The position numbers and the translations under genes were made by a program. The notes beneath the pieces were generated by a model. It was not told the origin of the DNA. It saw nothing but the letters and a program-made list of their open reading frames with translations, and searched no databases. From Babesia bigemina (lineage: Eukaryota), in NCBI RefSeq assembly GCF_000981445.1, contig NC_027218.1:2294001-2358000 (forward strand): a DNA stretch of 64,000 bases. Reading direction: 5' to 3'. Below, piece by piece: positions 52,053 through 61,550 of this stretch; the stretch's first letter is position 1; the number at the start of each line of letters is the position of its first letter.

Positions 52053-52487
52053 TCAGCTGCGCAGTAGATACCGCACCCTGTGGAACGGCCGGATGCGGAA
52101 GTAGACCATGACGCAGATGACGAGGATGATGAGGGCGACGGGGGCGATGATGTAAGGGGCGGGGTTGGTGGTAGACTGTTGAGTGTCGGTTTGTAGCTGA
52201 GCTGTGCGGGAAGAAGAGGAACCGGAGGCAGAGACGGTATGAGAAGAAGTAGACAGCTGTTGACGAGAGGTATAGCGTTTCTGCACACAACAAGTACAAT
52301 CGCATGTGTCTTCGTTACACTGAGCACATCGCGAAGGATTGCAAGGGTCTCCTCCACTTTTGCGCAAATGAGCAAACTTGAGACATGGTAAACAGCGTAT
52401 ATTACATACATTACAACAGTACGGACAACAAAAGCACTCCACATTCTCTCGGCATTTCTTGCCGCACGTACACTTCAATACTCCCAT
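52053..52487 (-). CDS. Small cysteine-rich protein with a C-terminal TM helix (paralog of 7344)
   Basis: 144 aa with CFCCPYCCNVC and PAPYIIAPVALIILVICVMVYFRIRPFHRVR. Confidence 0.8.
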   Translation of the reverse strand: MGVLKCTCGKKCRENVECFCCPYCCNVCNIRCLPCLKFAHLRKSGGDPCNPSRCAQCNEDTCDCTCCVQKRYTSRQQLSTSSHTVSASGSSSSRTAQLQTDTQQSTTNPAPYIIAPVALIILVICVMVYFRIRPFHRVRYLLRS

Positions 52488-52500
52488 CTTCCCCTCTCCC

Positions 52501-53343
52501 TCCCAGTCCCCTCAGCCTGCGAGCATATCAATCACCTAGCAACGCACTCACCAACTGCAACACGTACCACTGACGCTCCCACTCCCCTCAACCTGCAAAC
52601 ATGTCAACCACTTACGCAAGCACTCACCAACTACAACACGTACCACTGACGCTCCCACTCCCCTCAACCTGCAAACATATCAATCACCTAGCAACGCACT
52701 CACCAACTGCAACACGTACCACTGCCGCTCCCACTCCCCTCAATCTGCAAACATGTCAACCACTTACGCAAGCACTCACCAACTACAACACGTACCACTG
52801 ACGCTCCCACTCCCCTCAACCTGCAAACATATCAATCACCTAGCAACGCACTCACCAACTGCAACACGTACCACTGCCGCTCCCAGTCCTGTCAACCTGC
52901 AAACATGTCAACCACTTACGCAAGCACTCACCAACTACAACACGTACCACTGACGCTCCCACTCCCCTCAACCTGCAAACATATCAATCACCTAGCAAAG
53001 CACTCACCAACTGCAACACGTACCACTGCCACTCCCAGTCCCCTCAACCTGCAACCATATCAATCACCTAGCAACGCACTCACCAACTGCAACACGTACC
53101 ACTGCCACTCCCAGTCCCCTCAACCTGCGAACATATCAATCACCTAGCAACGCACTCACCAACTGCAACACGTACCACTGCCGCTACCAGTCCCCTCAGC
53201 CTGCAAACATGTCAATCACTCAAGCAGCACTCACCAACTGCAACACTACCACTCCCAGTCCCCTCAACCTGCGAACATGTCAATCACCTATGCAAGCACT
53301 CACCAACTGCGACAGCTACCACTGCCGCGCCCAGTCCCCTCAT
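52501..53343 (-). repeat. 76-bp tandem array (11 units), each an intron-like 35 nt plus an exon-like 41 nt
   Basis: The acceptor-side ctgc on + recurs at 52517, 52593, 52669, 52745, 52821, 52897, 52973, 53049, 53125, 53201 and 53269. The period is 76, with one shortened unit. Confidence 0.95.
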
Positions 53344-53860
53344 CAACACTCACCCTCACCCCTGTATCCCCCCAGCCCAGGCCACCGACACCCACGCTGC
53401 CCGGGATACCACAGCTGCCCTGACGCGGCGCATGTGATTAGCACCAACTGTCACTCTAAATTATTCACTATTCGCAACGCCATTAAAATTGCAGCGAACC
53501 CCGTGCGCTCAACTCCCACAGTGCAGCAGCACCGTGCTACGAGCCGCGGTATCGGCGCCATACTGGCGGAGCGTGTCGGCTACGTGCCTAAATGTGATAT
53601 TAACAATCGCTACATCGCTGCCTATAAACGCTACTTAACGAGGCCAACGCGTATTACGCCACCCTGCCAGCGACTCGCAACACACGACTTAGGTCACCCG
53701 CCGCGGCCATCACGACCGCCTACGTTAGCGACCAATCACCCAGCCTCACGTGACACTCACTCAATAGGCAACGTGGACACCTCTCACAGTCAACGCCTAA
53801 CTCAACGCACCAGGCAATCAACGTGCTACAACACCCACCAAATTACGGTTCATCCACCAG

Positions 53861-54408
53861 CTCAACACTTTGCCTGGGTGCTAGGTTAGCACCTTGCCTG
53901 GGTGCTAGGTCAACACGTTGCCTGGTTGCTTGCTTAGCACTTAGCTTGTGTGCCAGCTTAGCACTTTGCCTGTGTGCTAGGTCAACACATTGCCTGGTTG
54001 CCAGCTTAGCACGTTGCCTGAGTGCTAGCTTTTCACTTTGCCTGAGTGCCAGCTCAGCACTTTGCCTGGGGGCTAGATTAGCACTTATCCTGGGTGCTAG
54101 CCTAGCACTTAGCTTGTGTGCTAGCTTAGCACTTTGCCTGGTTGCTAGCTTACCACGTTGCCTGGTTGCTTGCTTAGCACGTTGCCTGGGTGCTAGCTTA
54201 CCACGTTGCCTGGCTGCTAGCTTAGCACGTTGCCTGTGTGCTAGGTTACCACTTAGCCTGGGTGCTAGGTTACCACTTTGCCTGGGTGCTAGCTTAGCAC
54301 GTTGCCTGGGTGCTAGCTTAGCACGTTGCCTGTGTGCTAGGTTACCACTTAGCCTGGGTGCTAGCTTAGCAGTTTGCCTGGGTGCTAGGTCAACACGTTG
54401 CTTGGTCG
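53861..54408. repeat. 24-bp minisatellite (about 23 degenerate units), consensus TTGCCTGGGTGCTAGCTTAGCACG
   Basis: Periodicity is directly visible and appears as ARCLGASL repeats in the shadow ORF. Confidence 0.9.
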
Positions 54409-54547
54409 TTTACTCATCACCTAATCTAGGTGCTATTTAGTTCACACGTTGCCGCTAGAGTACTTAGAGACATTAGACTACGTTTGTCGGTTAGGTGAGT
54501 AGGTGAATTGTTACGTGAGTTGATCTGAATTACAAGTATGAATACAA

Positions 54548-57500
54548 TTACGGCTGTAGATACGATATCTTGGCAAGCCTTCCGACTTGCGCTGCAGCCA
54601 ACAATGACTGCGCCGTTATCTTGTGCGACGACGGTATCCTCAGGTGTGACCTGATGTGCAGCACATCCAGTCTGCCAACCATTACGCAGATGAGGTAGAA
54701 GAGAGATAGTGACCAGAGCGCGACGGTCATCCACAGGAACGGTCCGCGGATGGCGAACATGAAATTATCAATGGCTTTGAAAAACTTCACAAGATGTGAG
54801 TCCTTCTCAAATGCCTCCGCAAATACATAGCAGAAATCTCTGCACGTGCGTTTTGTATGCGATTGTCTATCCCCGTTCAGCCTCTCCGGATTGCCGAGAA
54901 CGAAGCCGTATTTTGCCAATGTTGGCAGCGTAGCATTACAGCTGACAATGGATTTGCAGTTGCGATCGTGATATCGTGGCGGATCTTGCGCTATGGTTGT
55001 AGTTGGACACCCCTTGACGCACGCTTTCACGTGACAATTCGATCCCCTGGCACCGCATTTGGAATTGCACTCATCATACAATTTCTTAAGCAGATCGTAG
55101 AACGTCGCCGTCAGGTAAACGATCCACGACAAATATTTATCGGCGTGTTTTGACGAGAACGTCTCGTAGATGGATTGACTGATGGGACGGAGATAAGGAC
55201 CGCATACGACGGCTTCCCTTGATAAGCATACGAGACTGCCCAGACTACCATCGGAGTGGCCCTTCTTCAATGCTGAGTGACTAGGGGTAAATAAGTAGTA
55301 GACTTTCAACTCACCATAACTACGTCCGAAATTGGCAGCTTTAACACTCTCTTCAAATGCCTCTCTCTTGTGTCCGTTACCACTCATACCCCAGCGATCG
55401 GTGAGATGATAGTAGAAGCTGAACATGTCCGCCAGCGTTTTCGGCGCACTAGGCAGAAGGCAGTTCAAGTAACTGCACAGTCTAGTGAGAGGGGAGTTAG
55501 GACGGCCACAGAAATCGTAAAGCACATCGCATATATCCTGGCCAATCATCGTATGCGACGCGATGGCACTGATGTCAGCGAAGCCCATTGGCGTCCTGCA
55601 CGGCATACCAGGTGTACTACCACACGTGCCACATGACAGACTCGATCCCCTAGCTGCTACCGAATGCGGCAGGTGGCCTTTCAATCCGTCCTCCAAGAAC
55701 GATTGCAGTGGCGACTTGACGCCGCAGTTGGGATATTGCCCACCCATTTGGTTGCCACTTTGGTCGTGCCTTTGGTCGCAGTCTTGCTTAGGGCACTGCT
55801 TCGTGTTGCACTGCCAGCCCGACCCACCGATGTACTTGCCGTAGTGGCAGTCCCTCCAGCCGCTTAGCTGAGCATTGTGCTTACACTGCTGCAGCAGGAA
55901 GTACAGCTGGTGGTAGAGGCGCTTAAGCAGGTCGAACAACGTACACAGCAGTTGAATCATGTTGGCAGGGTACTCTAATTTCAGCGAGTTGCTGGAGAAA
56001 TCACACGCGTAGATTCCGTCCTTGTGACCGTGCCCTAGGATAGCGGTGAGGACGGCGTGGGAGTCAGATGAGACCTTGTAGAGCGCTTCGTCGATATGCG
56101 TGTGTTGGAAGGGAGACGGATGCGCTTCGAAGGGTTGCAGCGTTTTAGTACCCGGCCGTTCTTTGTCCTCCTTCATGAACTCAGATTTAATTTGCGCCTT
56201 GAGCCTCTCGTACACGGGGTTGAACTGCAGGCCGCAGCACCAGACAAGAATTTCGTAAACGGAGCATGGAGCCCTTGGTTTGTCAACACGGATAAGGTGG
56301 CAGACTTTGAGGTACGTATTTAAGCAATCATAGAGTTTTCGGATGAGACCACTTTCCTCCGCGATGGTTACACCTAGCTCGTCCGACCCGGATGTCGATT
56401 GACGAATGCCGATGACGGGAGATGACAGTTGGCTGAACAGATTATGCGTTTCGTTGGTAAGGTGTTTGAGAATGCTGCTACCATTGAAGTCATTTCGGTG
56501 ATTCAGTTCGCCGTGCTCAGCGTTCTCAGGACGACGGACGTCATACCCGTTGTCGCGGAAGAAGAGAGCGTGGAGGCTGGAGGTAGGTGCTTGAGCATCA
56601 TAGATTTTATGGGTGGTCCAATCGTATATATCAAGGCCATGCTTAAAGGTAGTCAATTCTTGATATAAGATGGGCGTGATGGTCAAGCCGATTTTCGCGT
56701 AGTGTCCCCGTTCCTCGTCTTGCCATTGTCTCCCGGAGTAACTGCTTACGTAGGTTTTGTCAAGTTCGTCGACCAAAGCAGCAATTCCCCCTTTCAGGGC
56801 TTGTAACATGACCGTCGAAGAGGTGCCGAATTGCTGAGGAGCGAGTTGGCCGAGAGTAATCTTAATTGTGTCTAAGTTATCTCTAAATTGGTGATTGAAA
56901 TGTTCGGAAGATTTGAGTCCATCGAGCAAAGTTAGATGAGCATTATGCAAGGGCTCGTATTTTTGAAAGTCTGATATGAAGTCTGTCTGTGACTTCAAAT
57001 AATGACAAAAACGTCTGGAGGCGTTGTATGCTCTCTGAGCTGCCTGGCTGAGTGGAGACTTCTCTGGAGGAGAGTGGGTGGTCTTGATGTCCTTAATGAC
57101 TTTAATTCCTTTATCCGTTCCAATGAAATACTTTTCTATTTTATTCATGAAACCTTTAACGCCCAAGTCCAACTCCTTAGTGATCAAGCCAGGCAGCGGT
57201 TGTAATTCCGCCTCAGCTTTCGTTGAAAAAGACACGAGCAGACCCTGTAGAGATGTAACGTACTGTTCTCTGGCCTTAGCAATTAGAGCTTTCTTAGCGC
57301 TCTCCACTTGTGAATCGACGTCTCTTCCTAGTGCCTGGATGGTGGCGGTACCGGAGTGGTCAACACTTCCGAGGAATCTTTTGGCCGTCTTGAGTGCATC
57401 TGCTACCGGGCCTATTAGGTTGTGAAGATCATCATGAATTTTTTGAAGGCCGTTGCCACCGTTATTCAGGGATATGTACTTTTTGAGTTGAGTCAATTGC

Positions 57501-60118
57501 TCACTGATACCCCTACTGACAACTGAAATTTCGCCAGTGAGCGCGGCAAAATTGGCCTTAATTTGGTGGGTCCAATTTGACAGAGCGTCTTTGATTGCAT
57601 CGACGTTCATGGCTTCAATTCCAGATTTAACAGTTTTTATGGCCACGTCTACGGCTTTGGCGTAATTCGGATCGTCGTCGACGCTGGTTTGGAACACCTG
57701 TTCAAAATTATCGTGGAGATTCTTAATTTCTTCTTTTAACAGCTCCAATGCTGCGTCGAGCTTAACGCCTGGTTTATCAGATTTAAGTTGGCTCCCTAGA
57801 TCTCTAACTTGCGCTATGGCCTGCTCCAATTTGTTGTGAATATTCGACGTTGTCTTCAATTTATCTAGTTGATCACCAATATGTTTGGCAACTGATGCGA
57901 GAGACGCAAGTGTGGCCCTCACAGCGAGCTCGAGATAATATTTCTTATGACCTGTCTGCCTATCCGACTGTACCAATTCAGAGTGAAGTTTGACCTCACC
58001 TTCCATCAATCTAATTATACTACTTTCTTTATTCCACAAATCAGTTGATAATTTGTTCATATAATTCAAAATGTACAAAAATTTCTGATCCATTGTGTTT
58101 GTGGCGTCGAAGTTATTTGGGGGATGTATCTCTTGGAGTTTTTCTGTGATATGGCGCGTCACAATTGGTGCAACAAAGGCGTGTAATGCTGGAGTTCCCC
58201 GTCCACTGAGTTTTCCGTTGAAATAACCATATCCCTTGTTTTCCTCAACGTACTTGTCAATCCAGCCCTTAACCGGTTCCCTACGAATGATGTCCGTCAC
58301 CCAGTCTTTGAATATTACGCCGAAATAATCTTCTCCTTTTTTAAACTTACCAGCGAAAGCATTGATGCCTTTAACTACATCAGTAAGACTTGAATTGCCA
58401 GTATCGGTCAATAAATCAACGCACTCTAAAATTTCCTTTTTTATTGCATCCCAATTCTGATATATACTTTCATCCGTGTCATCGCCGTGTTCATTTTTCA
58501 CTCCAACGTATCCTTTAATACTCATCACCTTGCTTTTAATATGTCGCATAATCTCGTCAATCGTCTTATCATTTCTCACCGGCCCAGGTTCGCCAGTGAC
58601 CTTATTATAGAGCCTCCCAATCGCCTCGTTAACGTTATTAACAAACCCTGTCAGTCCACTTTTCTCACCACTAATATACGTCTCAAGCGCAATCTTGGTC
58701 TTTTCCAACTCCTTAATGGCATCATCAATTGGTATCTTGTTACTCGTCAGACCGTCGTTAACTTGCTCCAGTATTTTTTTCACGTTGTCTTCCGTCTTGG
58801 TGACATCTCCATCTGCCTTTTGAATCCATTCTTGCAACCGTTCAACAAACTGCGGCAGCTCTTTGTTGATCTTCTCGAGCTGCACGAACATCTTCTGCAC
58901 CATCTGCCTCAAATCGCGGATCAACTCCTTCACTTTATTACCGATTTCGCGATTGACACACGTACCAACACCTACTAACGTTGTGTTAATACACGCCTCC
59001 ATGCTCTTAAAGCGCTGCTTTTCCTTCGTCGCCAACTCACTCAACCTGGTTTTCTCATGCACCATGGTCTTATGTACGTTATCTATTCTATCACGTAATT
59101 TATCACTAAGATCATTAATTGCGTTTCTAGTTGTTTCATCATTATTCTGCATATCTAAAGTTTTATTAAAGTCGGCGGCTCTCTTTTCATATTCTGCCAA
59201 ACGCCTCTCCATCTCTTCCGCAACTTGTTCATATTTCAAGGTCTCATCTGCAACACGATTATTTTGTACAATCTCACTTACCGATTTTTTGAGTCTCTTC
59301 ATCTCTCTGTCGAAATCTGTTATTTTGTTTATGACATGGTTGTTGGAATTTCTGACACTCTCATTATACCCCCGCACCCCTGCAACCACACTTTCAATCG
59401 CAACATTAAAACCGTTTTTACCGCGGTGTTTATTTTGCTTAAGACTCTCAATTGCATCATCTAAAGTATTTTTATGCTGCCCTAAATGCTCTTTGATGTT
59501 ACTGAGAACACCATAGAAAAACGCCATCACCCCGTCACACAGCCTATCCAGGTCGGAGTACACAATGCCATGGCCAGTGTAGCCTTTGGTCTCAGAGTTG
59601 AAGCCGAGGAAGGTTTCGAGGCCGGTGCAGAGGTTTGTAAGTAAGTCAGTACATTTTTGATGATTTTTGTCAGTAAATATGCTAAGCTTATTAGTAAGAT
59701 CTTCAAGTTGTTTCTCACGCTCTTTAATGCCATCCAAGGCTTTCTTAGTAGCATCATCATAACGACGGGAGTGGGAATCGGAGCATGATTTTTTCATATC
59801 AGTTATTTGCTGCTTAGTAAAACCATTTTTAGGCTGATCGGCATTGTCAGAATCTTTAGCATGTTTCATCAGCTTATCAATATAGGCACAGTTAGAGAGC
59901 TTATCATTATACTTAACAGGGCATTCAAGTTTAGATTTTTCGGATTGGAGGGAGTTAGTAGCCTTATCTATATCCTCCGCAATCAACTTTTTCAAAGCTT
60001 TTGCCAACTCATCAAGACCATCACTGTCACCATTCCCATACCTAACCTGGATCAACCAGTCGATGGACTCACGGAGATTCTCTGGGCAGTCCACCAGTTT
60101 CTTAAATTGCGGCGTCAC
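54548..60118 (-). CDS. Variant erythrocyte surface antigen-like (ves1-like, long coiled-coil type) protein; start codon anomalous
   Basis: N-terminal KKLVDCPENLRESIDWLIQV and GIVYSDLDRLCDGVM, a long helical middle, and a Cys-rich C-domain plus TM/tail (IRGPFLWMTVALWSLSLFYL...RLDVLHIRSHL) homologous to the 322-6477 C-terminus. Confidence 0.85.
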   Translation of the reverse strand: MTPQFKKLVDCPENLRESIDWLIQVRYGNGDSDGLDELAKALKKLIAEDIDKATNSLQSEKSKLECPVKYNDKLSNCAYIDKLMKHAKDSDNADQPKNGFTKQQITDMKKSCSDSHSRRYDDATKKALDGIKEREKQLEDLTNKLSIFTDKNHQKCTDLLTNLCTGLETFLGFNSETKGYTGHGIVYSDLDRLCDGVMAFFYGVLSNIKEHLGQHKNTLDDAIESLKQNKHRGKNGFNVAIESVVAGVRGYNESVRNSNNHVINKITDFDREMKRLKKSVSEIVQNNRVADETLKYEQVAEEMERRLAEYEKRAADFNKTLDMQNNDETTRNAINDLSDKLRDRIDNVHKTMVHEKTRLSELATKEKQRFKSMEACINTTLVGVGTCVNREIGNKVKELIRDLRQMVQKMFVQLEKINKELPQFVERLQEWIQKADGDVTKTEDNVKKILEQVNDGLTSNKIPIDDAIKELEKTKIALETYISGEKSGLTGFVNNVNEAIGRLYNKVTGEPGPVRNDKTIDEIMRHIKSKVMSIKGYVGVKNEHGDDTDESIYQNWDAIKKEILECVDLLTDTGNSSLTDVVKGINAFAGKFKKGEDYFGVIFKDWVTDIIRREPVKGWIDKYVEENKGYGYFNGKLSGRGTPALHAFVAPIVTRHITEKLQEIHPPNNFDATNTMDQKFLYILNYMNKLSTDLWNKESSIIRLMEGEVKLHSELVQSDRQTGHKKYYLELAVRATLASLASVAKHIGDQLDKLKTTSNIHNKLEQAIAQVRDLGSQLKSDKPGVKLDAALELLKEEIKNLHDNFEQVFQTSVDDDPNYAKAVDVAIKTVKSGIEAMNVDAIKDALSNWTHQIKANFAALTGEISVVSRGISEQLTQLKKYISLNNGGNGLQKIHDDLHNLIGPVADALKTAKRFLGSVDHSGTATIQALGRDVDSQVESAKKALIAKAREQYVTSLQGLLVSFSTKAEAELQPLPGLITKELDLGVKGFMNKIEKYFIGTDKGIKVIKDIKTTHSPPEKSPLSQAAQRAYNASRRFCHYLKSQTDFISDFQKYEPLHNAHLTLLDGLKSSEHFNHQFRDNLDTIKITLGQLAPQQFGTSSTVMLQALKGGIAALVDELDKTYVSSYSGRQWQDEERGHYAKIGLTITPILYQELTTFKHGLDIYDWTTHKIYDAQAPTSSLHALFFRDNGYDVRRPENAEHGELNHRNDFNGSSILKHLTNETHNLFSQLSSPVIGIRQSTSGSDELGVTIAEESGLIRKLYDCLNTYLKVCHLIRVDKPRAPCSVYEILVWCCGLQFNPVYERLKAQIKSEFMKEDKERPGTKTLQPFEAHPSPFQHTHIDEALYKVSSDSHAVLTAILGHGHKDGIYACDFSSNSLKLEYPANMIQLLCTLFDLLKRLYHQLYFLLQQCKHNAQLSGWRDCHYGKYIGGSGWQCNTKQCPKQDCDQRHDQSGNQMGGQYPNCGVKSPLQSFLEDGLKGHLPHSVAARGSSLSCGTCGSTPGMPCRTPMGFADISAIASHTMIGQDICDVLYDFCGRPNSPLTRLCSYLNCLLPSAPKTLADMFSFYYHLTDRWGMSGNGHKREAFEESVKAANFGRSYGELKVYYLFTPSHSALKKGHSDGSLGSLVCLSREAVVCGPYLRPISQSIYETFSSKHADKYLSWIVYLTATFYDLLKKLYDECNSKCGARGSNCHVKACVKGCPTTTIAQDPPRYHDRNCKSIVSCNATLPTLAKYGFVLGNPERLNGDRQSHTKRTCRDFCYVFAEAFEKDSHLVKFFKAIDNFMFAIRGPFLWMTVALWSLSLFYLICVMVGRLDVLHIRSHLRIPSSHKITAQSLLAAAQVGRLAKISYLQP

Positions 60119-61550
60119 ATGTCTTCATAACTAACGTAGGGAGCAGCAACTTTGTTGAACAGGACTATTTGGGCTTCGGTTGATTATATTGTTCTTTCAT
60201 ATTCTTTACTGCCAAAATCGAGAAGGTGTTGTATGCCATCTGGGTTTTTTATTCATCAACCAAAATATAGTGTACATCATTCATACAGCACAATATTACG
60301 TATGCGAAATTCTTAACGGAATCCACAGATGCCTTTAATGTTGAGGAGTTGCTTCTGTCACTGCCTCGCCACGTTGGACAAGATGTCTGGGCCCATAGAG
60401 TGATGGCGTCATACGCTTTATTGCAGTTTCAGAACATCCGAAACAATGTTACACGCTACATTGAGTCAGTGAAATTTCCGAATTGTCATGTTTTAGGCCT
60501 CCTTAAATTCAGACACCCAACATACATCGTTATGGGATAGGCGAGGGAAAAGAAGCAGGTGATTTACAATTGGATGTCGATTGTCAGGACGATGACCAAG
60601 ATTTGAAAAATGGGGTGAGTGGCGAAAGCCAGTTCTACGTGTTCAATGCCCCTCAGCTCAATAAGGGGTGAGAGCATTTGGGTAGGGATGTGAAGAGTTA
60701 GCAGCATGGCAAGTTACTTTCCGACATGACTACGGCATTGAAAATGGGATTAGTCCAAATGGATCGTCTACTTAGTGAGCGAGCTGGGTTGTCAGCTGAA
60801 GTGGACAGTGTCATGGGTATTATGGTGCAATGCTGCTGGAGGGTGACTGGGAGGGGAACGGCGGGCGAGGTTGTCGCTGTGGCAAGATCACACATAGATA
60901 TCGAATTGCAAAGCATGAACCACGTGCATCGATTGGTGCAGCAATATATAATCTGCACTTTGTTCGGCCAACGCAATGTGGGGGTAATATTAGCAATCTC
61001 GAGTGGTCATTGGGGTGACGCTGATGAGACAACCGTGTCTATCCAGGCGACAGCGGCACGCTGCATAGTGGTTGCCTTAATGTTCGCCGAACGCCGATGT
61101 GAGACAGCTTGGCGGCGTACCAATGCGGGGTGAGGATAGGCGTCCTATATTCCGCCCGGAACCCTCATGGAGTAAACAGTGCTCCAGCCGTTCATGTCAG
61201 TCACACTACCGTGCTGCCAAATACATAGACCTGCGGTCTTCCCTTCTCAGGTAGGTGGGATGGTGGTATCGTTTCAGTCTTTCATCTATTCTGCTAAGGC
61301 GGAGTGGACAAGTGATTGGCTGCGGGTCCACGCTTGTCGCGCTTGGCTTTCGTACGATGAGATACTTCCGTCACTCAGCTTTGTGCTATCTAGCCTACTC
61401 ACCTAGTGCAGTTAGCGTCTTGAATATGGTGTTTTGTGAGGGGAGTCAATTTAGAGATATCCCCCCTTTAGTGTGTCCTGGTGGACACCTTCTGCTCGCC
61501 AGACTTGGCGTTATGTAAACATAGCGTATTGGTCCTTTAAAGTACAAAAA
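60119..61550. promoter_or_regulatory. Probable bidirectional promoter/5' UTR region between head-to-head ves-like genes
   Basis: 1.43 kb between divergent 5' ends. Contains a block (61211-61286) similar to the leader of the 322 gene. Confidence 0.55.

Noticed and set aside
52501..53343. Array as a CRISPR locus
   Set aside because: The whole 76-bp unit repeats with no unique spacers, there are no cas genes, and the DNA is eukaryotic.
52601..54440. Plus-strand ORFs over the repeats (MSTTYAS... x3, the 226-aa ORF, the ARCLGASL-repeat ORF)
   Set aside because: These are by-products of repeat periodicity, antisense to the flanking genes, with no independent coding signal.
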